Origin: Candidatus Aenigmatarchaeota archaeon
GTDB lineage: Archaea > Aenigmatarchaeota > Aenigmatarchaeia > QMZP01 > QMZT01
Reading direction: 5' to 3'
NCBI GenBank assembly: GCA_016932735.1
Contig: JAFGCI010000001.1
Location: forward strand, 132,183 to 196,182
Length of the DNA: 64,000 bases
The notes under the pieces are model-generated. The model was given only the letters and a program-made list of their open reading frames with translations, made no database searches and was not told the DNA's origin. This document shows, one piece after another, positions 9,701 through 15,739 of this stretch; position 1 is the first letter of the stretch, and the number at the start of each line of letters is the position of its first letter. The translations under genes were made by a program, and so were the position numbers.

Positions 9701-11168
9701 CCCAATGTGCGGATGCTCAGGCGTGAGCACTATGATAAGCAATTCAAAGCTTGTCCAGACAATCGACGGAAAGAGAGCGTCTTCTGAAATCTGCAATAAC
9801 ATTGACGATAATTGTGACGGCGGCATAGATGACGGCCTCGGAAAGTCATGCTATTGCACCGGCGGATACAACGGAACCGCGCTTGGAAGGCCCGAATTCT
9901 GCAATGCAGTTGATGACAATTGCAACGGGGTTATTGATGATATACCAAAGCCGTATGCATGTGCATGCTATAATGGCGCGCACGGGGCAGGGGAGCTCAC
10001 AGAAATATGCAACGGCATAGACGACGACTGCAACGGAATAGTCGATGAAGAATATCCGGAGAAGGGAGCTTTCTGTGGCGTAGGTATATGCACGGGGGGC
10101 ATGTACGAATGCTCCCAGGACAACCTGACGACAACCTGTTCCGGTAACAGGAGAGCGATTTCAGCCGCCCTCGAACATCCGTCATACTGCAACACATATG
10201 ACGACAACTGCAACATAGCGGTAGATGAAGGATGCGGCACGAACGCATCTGTGACTAACAGAAGCTGCGGCAGCGATATTGGTGAATGTTCTTCCGGCCT
10301 TCAGCTGCTGGTCGGGGGAAAATGGGGCCCATGTATGACAATAGGCCAGAACAGGCTCAAGGGGCCCGAAATAGAGGTTTGCGACAGCCTTGACAATGAC
10401 TGCGACGGTATAATAGACAACATAGGCGGAAAGACATCCACAGAAACAACAAGATGCGGTTGTTACGGAGGTGCCCAGCCTTCGACTGAAGAATGCAACG
10501 GCATCGACGACGACTGCGACGGGACTATTGACAACATCGGCGGAAAGACGTCTGTTGAATCCACTAAATGCGGCTGTTATGATGATGAATACGGAAGAGG
10601 AGCCAGCATTGAAAGATGCAACGGAATAGACGACGACTGCGACGGTATAGTCGATAATGTCAAGGAAGAAGAGTCTGTTGAAGCCACGAAGTGTGGATGC
10701 TACGGAGGACTTGTCCCGACGGCCGAAAGATGCAACGGCATTGATGACAACTGTGATGAGCGCATAGACGAGGATTTCGTTGAACTGGGAAAAGAATGCG
10801 GTATCGGTTACTGTTCAGGCGTATACATATGCAGCCAGGACGGTCTGCAGTCCGTGTGTAACGGCAACACTCCCACAACAGAAATATGCGATTCGATAGA
10901 CAACGACTGCGACGGCAAGATAGATGAGGGCTGTTACGGCAGTGAGCTAACGAGCTGCGAAAACGGAATCAGGGACGGTCGTGAAGAGGGCATAGACTGC
11001 GGCGGTCCATGTCCGGATGAATGCATGGGAACGCACGGACCTTCTGTCGATGACCTCAATACAAAGAAAGAAAACATAAAAAGCACATGGTTCACTATAT
11101 TCCTTGTAATGGTTGTTCTTATTATAGGCATAGGCATCGTCCTGCAATTCGGCCTGAAAACCAAGTAA
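714..11168 (+). CDS. Giant secreted, C-terminally anchored Cys-rich surface protein: PA14-like and Ig-like domains, about 27 MopE-related metal-binding repeats, DUF2341 plus LamG module
   Basis: 3484-aa ORF. Signal peptide ending AQA-F. Repeats ExC[ND]GxD[DN][DN]C[ND]GxxD[ED] (about 27 counted by eye). YRRTIKIKN...DFGDVRV...YYGSP (DUF2341-like). GTVEMWIK...DDQWHHIVVGWD...LYVDG...GLIDELRIS (LamG). CENGIRDGREEGIDCGGPC motif. C-terminal TM WFTIFLVMVVLIIGIGIVL plus KTK. Confidence 0.85.
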   Translation: MAGDRFLYRKNILLLTTLVAFALSFAFMAQAFDLEGAYFITAEQPKNSDGLGFFRIGTPLDADVNISFSYPIPLSPGEADLTAVVYKPTNIFTNMELPCSLNSQTGYYPVNVQHRYYVPQDVWYQYYRAGGRFNYQSSACINGLVHVFTEPFEMNTISLGDIIKAGDINGNQIVSGNPPTYDFKEYFFDFTLNLTYDNVSEEGIDFKYNYTRDIEKTEMSNTDDLEVALPTGDNKYHFEDYDNYVEYRNLLAPPKIVYHDTDDGDSNEVFDSEIYVYSETVKAVTFYVRGYNDDSTIDDKAAINIYQAGNPTALSSSGWKEHSPFYHSFTFLPGIEYRVQFRLKNRADHDNEHAHFEVQISSPSITNHNQIWSVINSGIFNVDINQEFWKITQRQGIFDANNNQRLDNYCSGPQDFYVKAATGIKSESCDGTDVVITATNQAGDSDDKVAHIANGGFLFFKQDDMNDTSYHFETVVRTGKALEIEFAVMVNYGVSVYVDGDLSKGFRIGCPSAEDCANQNYYTPSEKLNIPAGYHKIDIYLFCKDGQKCFLEMKAIEKNGNAPEIFFKDNFDEIGKPVDSNLEKNPIEANSGQAVTFSTEDGLVDVERKEPVYFESGLYKDLEPVKADNVDEADDRIQLSMRLACGEQIYQPCRDFGKWGACTTDNNGWIRNRILHENYADYELVEDDNGDYTIAKFTIEPFDHHSLDYTNNANAPNQPGQHNRTAYGGEYIGGIYECKMNWPNYETECPDPTYQYSFSGFECCYQKYTEADNKPTGPVWWSGISKDPDTGEQVGTIHIRDFKESTQTSGEAVIYIVNYLPYGGYTSKLDAEYMNFSMFDERPKLCAYVTKKVSLPHEYLITFNNTHTCNKVSATGDCCYCDPNSVCTLNCKNREDITDMYYATSLITANSLRASSFNLPFTTMGSGWYLENINVSVIVDSDTGSNVSVSVENTSATRWKTTAEMKEGSQRLLQEGNYTVSVNLHHDFGFNVSDDNPGTYYVNFTLDYINFSKRTYSDAEFDFGSNEMGNSSWEIYLNQYNQDDYPSSVRDQYVSYSPLKPQEIDVKKISFSGESGSIVDYGKRISFRAPPKNQYECETAAEFAAYCTTCSGTSTRGHWDGTKCVCSYPSESEKGICFEVDVQAGCNSNCCVCPESFNNPVIYWNRNVCQCTESRADNKPPTITILNESGSTINDNTATIKGTAYDLGGLADIRISIESTEQRQIATLNDLEEGEYEWEAELSFSYPATYTVSATATDLGRNTNSVSITITVSDTAFPPTITINAPEEGHEFFTTTTKVNLEISTNRDALCRYSTSDLGYDEMEPTQNFTEENPTTNFKAEVPVYSNQRYTYYFACTDGTKSHTSADNSQVSFDVLGVGGREPIDLECSEEIVDESTCTVDKCNCGPDGGIPIWNAHRGCICTKWDNVCRDVTDCKEDRNGGPNQYRYCDTEYNMCYDNEYTSSNLKLAGGTEPRNNINFTASECTVIGSETRFIYDWKSHPGTYDDFGACASDGTCPDGGICAFVNEIESRCILPRGGCSLGLQVCGPGYRWLYAESEEEPVYNKPETCNRIDDDCNGWIDDTVNFTTMFKISLELAGSGIGRSPQEITQCQCFNGLPPEEEVCDSIDNDCDGIIDNDVKYVLRNNCTEEVLTIIDIGNPPTGYSLYDFAYNKYYSDECTITNETIRETQNLTVNPCTDEVYECMQLGKYHTEIIYNNDTDEYEFPYRFEDCTTQLCLDGCIEHGYSSVPNDTAQLECETYFGSASECCYKMGYNTNPPIPDNALQNTYEYCAEKYYNPYTCIPLEEEMYYVPGELCNCEFTGTMYDSGGITQEYLDFIKKVDSNNESYCSSYTPFSTECCNGIDDNCDALLDNTEYPELCACYGIDNTTIRDETWTINDMNCTGRDENCDGTINENALFCNCTQTLNLPNATTIKEALISDESCNGIDDNCNNEYDEDFPVNTSCGGTNVSRCYGGVYVCNATGYNAVCNTTADISEINTDEGFFGTATGADLRIPEVCSGEDSDCNGTVDDTAHPELCNCYNYENLWEIQDIWENNTDDNCNGIDDNCNMRIDDESFSCACTNKTESEVVQIKTVNETCDGIDNNCNGFADETYSDIGKMCGFGACANGVMVCDVYGMRTVCNTTVDAADTYSGIAQSFISDEVCDLVGDEDCDGSIDEGCACTPQGIKKICGYASELVYNNRQHIDSICNEIRSQLRNMVSKSSSPGDMKYRRTIKIKNSNSYVVKDYPVRVDLSVIGSTKIRSDFGDVRVQDASGNELPWRRDGGSIVFKSSLLSAGNNKYTLYYGSPVRTYSEKSMTEIYGLERYQETFLMCDFNYNTQCNKGNMVPRASDVSVFSIGRYEAAMLFNSTNHTLRYASSANINLNRGTVEMWIKTSSSSGTLFHLPAAAGSIKLEINAGAASLARDSSVIASGGSVSDDQWHHIVVGWDNLIGMSLYVDGNKVGGSVVAWTPNNMGTDIFIGSEQGAANYYAGLIDELRISKTKLSDGEVKADARLLGGSISPSLANEEDMGSVGGGSGQLTDSELYYECLERLENAAGAPENSDNENSILSLCSSMITCNSDFSIDSASVCRVGVQSCSSSGWSDCSGNVVPQTEVCNRRDDDCNGLTDDFLYAQDTCACYNGNPPNGPEECNGVDDDCNAQVDDGFGGRCACSSGQRAQGDEPRICNGIDDNCNGIIDENVSNCACADATFAEINQRVGTERCNGIDDDCDGEIDEDFANVGNTCGGDQNSACYGGYYICKADGTGTVCSTTTDGVQLLGNLTSIDLRTDETCNGIDDDCDGERDENIPRCACADGAQNTGGYEPQVCNGIDDNCNGLIDEGVLKCPCADKTLEDVESFITPDLTCDDIDNDCNGIVDDQYPQLGEVCGGNPRSACYGGKYVCSIDEVSVVCNTMTPPENSFTGKTIDRRSEESCNGIDDDCNDVIDDLAGSNSNRYCACYNGMRLPGELVERCNGIDEDCDGVIDNNVPMCGCSGVSTMISNSKLVQTIDGKRASSEICNNIDDNCDGGIDDGLGKSCYCTGGYNGTALGRPEFCNAVDDNCNGVIDDIPKPYACACYNGAHGAGELTEICNGIDDDCNGIVDEEYPEKGAFCGVGICTGGMYECSQDNLTTTCSGNRRAISAALEHPSYCNTYDDNCNIAVDEGCGTNASVTNRSCGSDIGECSSGLQLLVGGKWGPCMTIGQNRLKGPEIEVCDSLDNDCDGIIDNIGGKTSTETTRCGCYGGAQPSTEECNGIDDDCDGTIDNIGGKTSVESTKCGCYDDEYGRGASIERCNGIDDDCDGIVDNVKEEESVEATKCGCYGGLVPTAERCNGIDDNCDERIDEDFVELGKECGIGYCSGVYICSQDGLQSVCNGNTPTTEICDSIDNDCDGKIDEGCYGSELTSCENGIRDGREEGIDCGGPCPDECMGTHGPSVDDLNTKKENIKSTWFTIFLVMVVLIIGIGIVLQFGLKTK

Positions 11169-11181
11169 TATTTAAATATAA

Positions 11182-11258
11182 TTCCTGACATAAACCTTTA
11201 TAAAACGTCAGGAAAATCTAGTGAAAGGCATCATTCCGGATATTTATGCCTTCCACTA
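11182..11258 (+). promoter_or_regulatory. TATA box (TTTATAAA, about 11197-11204) flanked by an 8-bp inverted repeat, followed by a leader hairpin
   Basis: TTCCTGAC 11182-11189 / GTCAGGAA 11207-11214. TAGTGAAAGGCAT 11219-11231 / ATGCCTTCCACTA 11246-11258 (12 of 13 pairs). Confidence 0.5.
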
Positions 11259-11359
11259 TAATTGATATTTATTTATGGTTAACAGTACAAATATAGTAGA
11301 AAGTCCTGTATTCGGGACATTCAGCAAGAATATAGGATTCGGTATAAAGGGGTGGATTT

Positions 11360-11551
11360 ATGATTATACCCGTCAGATGCATGACCTGCGGAAAGGTCAT
11401 CGGGCAGGAATGGGAAACCTTCAGGGAAAAGATAAAGAAAGGTGAAAACCCGAAGAAAGCATTGGATGAAGCAGGATTGGAGAGATATTGCTGCAGAGCC
11501 GTGTTTATAGGCCACAAGGACCTTATTCAGGGCATGAATAGATTTATATAA
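11360..11551 (+). CDS. rpoN: DNA-directed RNA polymerase subunit N (Rpo10)
   Basis: MIIPVRCMTCGKVIG...LERYCCR signature. Confidence 0.97.
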   Translation: MIIPVRCMTCGKVIGQEWETFREKIKKGENPKKALDEAGLERYCCRAVFIGHKDLIQGMNRFI

Positions 11552-11576
11552 AATATTCTCATAAGGTGCCAATATT

Positions 11577-11732
11577 ATGAATATAAAGAAATATCTGAGA
11601 GTTCTTCAGGTCGCAAGAAAACCCAGCAAAGAGGAATTTATGGCTTCTTCCAAGATATGCGTGCTTGGAATAGTTATTATAGGTATCATAGGATTCTTGA
11701 TATTCCTCGCAGGCGTATTAACAGGAATTTGA
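11577..11732 (+). CDS. secE: Protein translocase subunit SecE/Sec61-gamma
   Basis: Below the ORF-track cutoff. Manual translation MNIKKYLRVLQVARKPSKEEFMASSKICVLGIVIIGIIGFLIFLAGVLTGI. Conserved position before spt5. Confidence 0.93.
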   Translation: MNIKKYLRVLQVARKPSKEEFMASSKICVLGIVIIGIIGFLIFLAGVLTGI

Positions 11733-11741
11733 TGTGAGATT

Positions 11742-12191
11742 ATGATTTATGCTGTCAGAACAACTTCAGGAAGGGAAAACATAGTTATAGACCTTCTCGA
11801 GGATTCCATAAAGGCCAGAGGATACAACATAAATGCTGTTGTCCACCCGGCAGAAATCAAGGGCTACATATTTATAGAAGGCAACGTCGCCGACATACAC
11901 AAGGCCGTTCATGGCGTCATGCATATCAAGGGCGTTATAGAGAAGCCCATATCAATAGGCGAGGTTGAAAGATTCCTTGTGACAAAGAAGAAGGAACTTA
12001 ACATAGGAATGGAAGACATCGTCGAGATAATAGGCGGACCTTTCAGCGGCGAGAAAGGAAAGGTAAAAAGAATAGATGTTGTGAAGGAAGAAATCACAAT
12101 AGAGCTTCTTGAAGCCGCAATACCGATTCCTGTTACGATTTCAATAGAACTTATAAAACTTATTAAGAAGAATGAGGGTAACCAAGAGTGA
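11742..12191 (+). CDS. spt5: Transcription elongation factor Spt5 (NusG family)
   Basis: IYAVRTTSGRE, KGYIFIE, KOW motif VEIIGGPFSGEKGKV, LLEAAIPIPVT. Confidence 0.97.
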   Translation: MIYAVRTTSGRENIVIDLLEDSIKARGYNINAVVHPAEIKGYIFIEGNVADIHKAVHGVMHIKGVIEKPISIGEVERFLVTKKKELNIGMEDIVEIIGGPFSGEKGKVKRIDVVKEEITIELLEAAIPIPVTISIELIKLIKKNEGNQE

Positions 12192-12196
12192 TTTTT

Positions 12197-12766
12197 ATGG
12201 GTAAAGAGACTATAGAACTGTTAGTTGAAGGTGGCAAGGCCACCGCAGCGCCCCCGTTAGGACCATCGCTGGCGCCATTAAAAGTGAATGTGGGTCTCGT
12301 GGTTGCGGAGATAAACAAAAAGACAGCAGAGATGGCCGGGATGAAGGTTCCCGTCAAGGTTACAGTCGATAAGGATACTAAAACATTTGAAATATCCGTC
12401 GGCACACCGCCCGTTTCAGCCCTCATCAAGAAGGAACTGAAGCTCGAAAAAGGCTCTTCGGAGGCCGGAGTCGCAAGAGTCGGCGACCTTTCAGAAGAGC
12501 AGGTAAGAAGGATAGCAAAAATAAAATTCGGTTCGGATGATAAGAGATTCACTGAAATGATAAAGGGAACGGCAAGAAGCATGGGCGTGACAGTGGGTGT
12601 CGGCCAGGTCACAGCTGAAGAAAAGGCAAAAGAGAAAGCCCACAAGCAGGAACTTAAGGACGGCGATAAAACAAAGGAAGAACCCAAAGCAGAAGAGGCA
12701 GCAAAAGAACCTGCTGCTAAAGATAAAGAAAAATCCAAAGAGAAACCCAAAGAGAAAAAGAAATAA
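12197..12766 (+). CDS. rpl11: 50S ribosomal protein uL11 with Lys/Glu-rich C-terminal tail
   Basis: VEGGKATAAPPLGP, GMKVPVKVTV, GTARSMGVTV. Start set to the ATG after the GTGAT SD. Confidence 0.95.
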   Translation: MGKETIELLVEGGKATAAPPLGPSLAPLKVNVGLVVAEINKKTAEMAGMKVPVKVTVDKDTKTFEISVGTPPVSALIKKELKLEKGSSEAGVARVGDLSEEQVRRIAKIKFGSDDKRFTEMIKGTARSMGVTVGVGQVTAEEKAKEKAHKQELKDGDKTKEEPKAEEAAKEPAAKDKEKSKEKPKEKKK

Positions 12767-12779
12767 TATATGTGATGTT

Positions 12780-13580
12780 ATGACTGTTATAAAATTACTG
12801 AATAAGCCGAAGCTTGTCAATCCGATATTCATTGAAGGCCTTCCAGGAGTAGGAAACATCGGCCGGGTTTCTGCGGGTTATCTTGTTGAAGAGCTGGGCG
12901 GAAAAAAATTCGCTGAGCTTTATTCGGAATGGTTCTTTCCGTTCGTAATGCTTCATGACGATCACAGAATACATTTACTGAAGAATGAGTTCTATTATGT
13001 AAAAAAAGGGTCACACTGCAACAGGGACATGATAATACTTACAGGCGACTGCCAGTCATTGTCGCCTCAGGGACATTATGATGTAAGCACGAAAATACTG
13101 GAATTTGTGAAGAAATTCGGAACTAAAGAGATAATAACCATAGGCGGTCTGGCCACAGGCGAGCTCGATGACAAGGAGCAGAAGGTTGTCGGGGCGGTCA
13201 CTCATGATGAACTTCTTAAGAAATACAAAGACAAGAAACTTGATTTCAATGCAGGAAAAAAAGTTGGATATATAGTCGGTGCAACCGGCCTTCTGCTTGG
13301 AATAGGCGCTGAAATGGATATGAAGGGCGTCTGCCTTCTCGGGCAGACTGCCGGATACCCGATAATAACGGACCCAAAAGCAGCTGAGGAAGTCCTTATT
13401 GTTCTTTCAGACCTTATCGACATGAAAATGGACATGAGCAAAATCGGTAAGAGGGTCACTGAAATGGAAGAGTTCATAAAGAAAGTCGAGGCTCTCCAGA
13501 AGAAAGCCCTTGCTGAAATAACAAAGCAGAGCAAGTCCGGAGGCGCAACCAAAGAGGACGAGACCAGATATATAGGGTGA
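12780..13580 (+). CDS. PAC2-family proteasome assembly chaperone
   Basis: [48 protein letters not shown]-terminal YIG. The ORF-track start at 12597 overlaps rpl11 and is an over-extension. Confidence 0.92.
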   Translation: MTVIKLLNKPKLVNPIFIEGLPGVGNIGRVSAGYLVEELGGKKFAELYSEWFFPFVMLHDDHRIHLLKNEFYYVKKGSHCNRDMIILTGDCQSLSPQGHYDVSTKILEFVKKFGTKEIITIGGLATGELDDKEQKVVGAVTHDELLKKYKDKKLDFNAGKKVGYIVGATGLLLGIGAEMDMKGVCLLGQTAGYPIITDPKAAEEVLIVLSDLIDMKMDMSKIGKRVTEMEEFIKKVEALQKKALAEITKQSKSGGATKEDETRYIG

Positions 13581-13587
13581 AATTATT

Positions 13588-13767
13588 ATGAATAAGAAAT
13601 ATACAAGATACGAGAAGACAAGGATTCTTGCTGCAAGGTCCCTCCAGATATCGCAGGGAGCTCCAGTGCTTGTAAAAATACCGGCGGGAACTACAGATCC
13701 CCTGAGGATAGCAGAGATTGAATGGGAGAAGGGAGTAATACCGATAGATGTCAAAAGAATAAATTAA
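13588..13767 (+). CDS. rpoK: DNA-directed RNA polymerase subunit K (Rpo6)
   Basis: Below the ORF-track cutoff. [32 protein letters not shown]...[21 protein letters not shown]. Confidence 0.95.
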   Translation: MNKKYTRYEKTRILAARSLQISQGAPVLVKIPAGTTDPLRIAEIEWEKGVIPIDVKRIN

Positions 13768-13813
13768 TAACCTCTCTTCTTAATATTTAACCAGTTTTTC
13801 CCAATATATTATC

Positions 13814-14923
13814 ATGATTAAAGACATCAGGATATACCCATGGAAGACATATTCTGACACAAGTTATGTTCTCACCAAGATATCCACCCCCGATTCTTCT
13901 TATTCAACGATAACAGCCCTTTCAGATGAATTTATAAAATCAAAGAAAAGGCTTTCATCCTTAAGGAAAAATCTGGCGGCAATGGACGAGGATTATTGGG
14001 AATCAGCCGACGAAATGCTTGAGGAAATCAACGTGAAATCCGATTCTGACCCCGGCCTCCTGCTCGGAACATCACTATCGATGTGCAAGGCTGCCACCAA
14101 GGGAGATCTCTGGATGATTGACGAAGTTAAGCAGAATATGATATTCCCGAGGGTATGGCTATCCGTTATAAGGGGACGTGTTTCCGGAAGTGGTTCCGAC
14201 TGGAGGGATTTCATGATTCTGCCGGAAAAGGTAAAGGATACTTTGGACATGCAGGACAGGTTAATTGGGTCATGGAGCGAAATAGGCGAAGAGCTTAACA
14301 GGAAGAAGACTCTAGCGGGAAAAGACATTGAGAACAGGTGGATATCCTCAATGAACACAGAGCAGACGCTTGAATTATTATCCGGAATATGTGCGGAAAT
14401 GAATCTCAGCCTCGGGATAGACTGCGGTTCCTGGAGGCCTTCAAAAAACAACATATATGACTACAGGAACGAAAAGAAGAAGCTTACTGAAGAGAAACAC
14501 AAAGATTTTCTGAAAGAGATGTGCAATAAATATGCAATAAAATATCTGGAGGATCCATTTGTTCCGGGTTCGTATGACCTGTTAGAGGAACTGAAAACAG
14601 GGCTTAAGGCAGAGATATCAATTGATGTGCGCAATGAGAACTCCTTCCAGAAAGTGCTTGAGAATAAGAATGTAACCATATTAGACAATTCCCCTGATTT
14701 GTTCTTCAATTTTTCCGGAATTAAAAAATACGTTAAATTCATTTCAGAAAAGGGAAAGAATGCAGTCTTTTCTGCTCCTGAATATGCTATTCAGGATCCT
14801 TGGGTAGCCGATTTATGCATAGCACTGAAGGTTCCGTTCATAAAAGCAGACCCTTCAACCGGGAAAGGCGTCCTCAACCGCCTGAGCGAGCTTTGGCATG
14901 ACGTCCCTAATGAAGTCATCTGA
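13814..14923 (+). CDS. Enolase-like protein, catalytically degenerate
   Basis: Enolase fold remnants DFMILP, LGIDCGS, YLEDPF, DPWVADLCIAL...FIK, LNRLSEL. Syntenic after rpoK. Lacks PSGASTG, the catalytic Lys motif and SHRSGE. Confidence 0.75.
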   Translation: MIKDIRIYPWKTYSDTSYVLTKISTPDSSYSTITALSDEFIKSKKRLSSLRKNLAAMDEDYWESADEMLEEINVKSDSDPGLLLGTSLSMCKAATKGDLWMIDEVKQNMIFPRVWLSVIRGRVSGSGSDWRDFMILPEKVKDTLDMQDRLIGSWSEIGEELNRKKTLAGKDIENRWISSMNTEQTLELLSGICAEMNLSLGIDCGSWRPSKNNIYDYRNEKKKLTEEKHKDFLKEMCNKYAIKYLEDPFVPGSYDLLEELKTGLKAEISIDVRNENSFQKVLENKNVTILDNSPDLFFNFSGIKKYVKFISEKGKNAVFSAPEYAIQDPWVADLCIALKVPFIKADPSTGKGVLNRLSELWHDVPNEVI

Positions 14924-15133
14924 TTCTTCCTTTTCTGTCGGACATTTTCTGTATCTTATTCCTTCAATAAGAGGTTCATTATTATGATATTTTCTGAAAC
15001 AGGTTTCTGATAAAACAGTATGCGTACATTCTAAATCATAAAGATTTTTAAGTCTTCTTGCAGTCTTTGGAGAGTATATCTGTCCGTGACATATCATAGA
15101 ACCGCAGTAACACGTTGAACATAGCTCTGCCAT
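14855..15133 (-). CDS. Hypothetical small Cys/His-rich protein
   Basis: 92-aa ORF filling the gap, GTGAT-like SD upstream, 3' end overlapping the convergent enolase-like gene. Confidence 0.4.
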   Translation of the reverse strand: MAELCSTCYCGSMICHGQIYSPKTARRLKNLYDLECTHTVLSETCFRKYHNNEPLIEGIRYRKCPTEKEESDDFIRDVMPKLAQAVEDAFPG

Positions 15134-15180
15134 TAGTAATCACTCAGAAGTACTTATTTTTAATTCATTTAAATGTATGC

Positions 15181-15699
15181 TTATAAAAACAGTTTTTCAT
15201 AGCATAATTTCCTTAATTCCGGCTCTATATCAGAGTATGATTTTCCGCAAAGCATTCCGCCTGCGAGGAATTCTTCTTGTGTTACTTCAACGATGCAGAA
15301 ATCTGGCATCTCGAAAGAATTTTTATCTTCTTTGGTTTCGAACTCAAAATCAGCGACTATAAGGCCCTTTAGCGCGTCCTGATAGACATCTATCTGGGAT
15401 TCGATTCCGTTAAAATCATAGTAATATCTTATTTTCCTGAAGCTTTTGCCTTCAAGCTTCATCAATTCATCATATTCTTCTTTAGAAAGGACGATCGTCT
15501 GCTCTTTCTGGCAGGATATGTCGTTCTCGTCCACCGGGCATTTCTTTGTCATCTCTAAAACTTCCCCATTCTTCCTTATCCGAAGAACAGGATGGCGGCT
15601 TCCTTTCGGAATGAAAAGGTCTATTATTTCCCCTGATTTGCATTCTCTGAGGTCGTCCGGTATGTATTTCAGAAGAAAAGTCCGTTCCAGTTCTATCAT
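15181..15699 (-). CDS. CYTH-domain (triphosphate tunnel) protein
   Basis: MIELERTFL, LRIRK, KIRYYY, IDVY..ALKGLIVADFEF, EVT. Confidence 0.88.
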   Translation of the reverse strand: MIELERTFLLKYIPDDLRECKSGEIIDLFIPKGSRHPVLRIRKNGEVLEMTKKCPVDENDISCQKEQTIVLSKEEYDELMKLEGKSFRKIRYYYDFNGIESQIDVYQDALKGLIVADFEFETKEDKNSFEMPDFCIVEVTQEEFLAGGMLCGKSYSDIEPELRKLCYEKLFL

Positions 15700-15739
15700 T
15701 AGAAATAATTGGAATTAGGAATATAAGAAAAAGAAGAAA

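Noticed and set aside
8580-10930. Periodic TGCAACGG(A/C)AT(A/T)GACGAC repeats suggesting a CRISPR array or DGR template/variable repeats
   Set aside because: In-frame coding repeats with synonymous variation and irregular spacing; no cas or reverse transcriptase gene in the window
12597-12779. N-terminal extension of the PAC2 ORF, and similar extensions of rpl2, rps14 and the 53589..54371 ORF
   Set aside because: They overlap neighbouring genes or spacers; better SD-ATG starts lie downstream and match family N-termini
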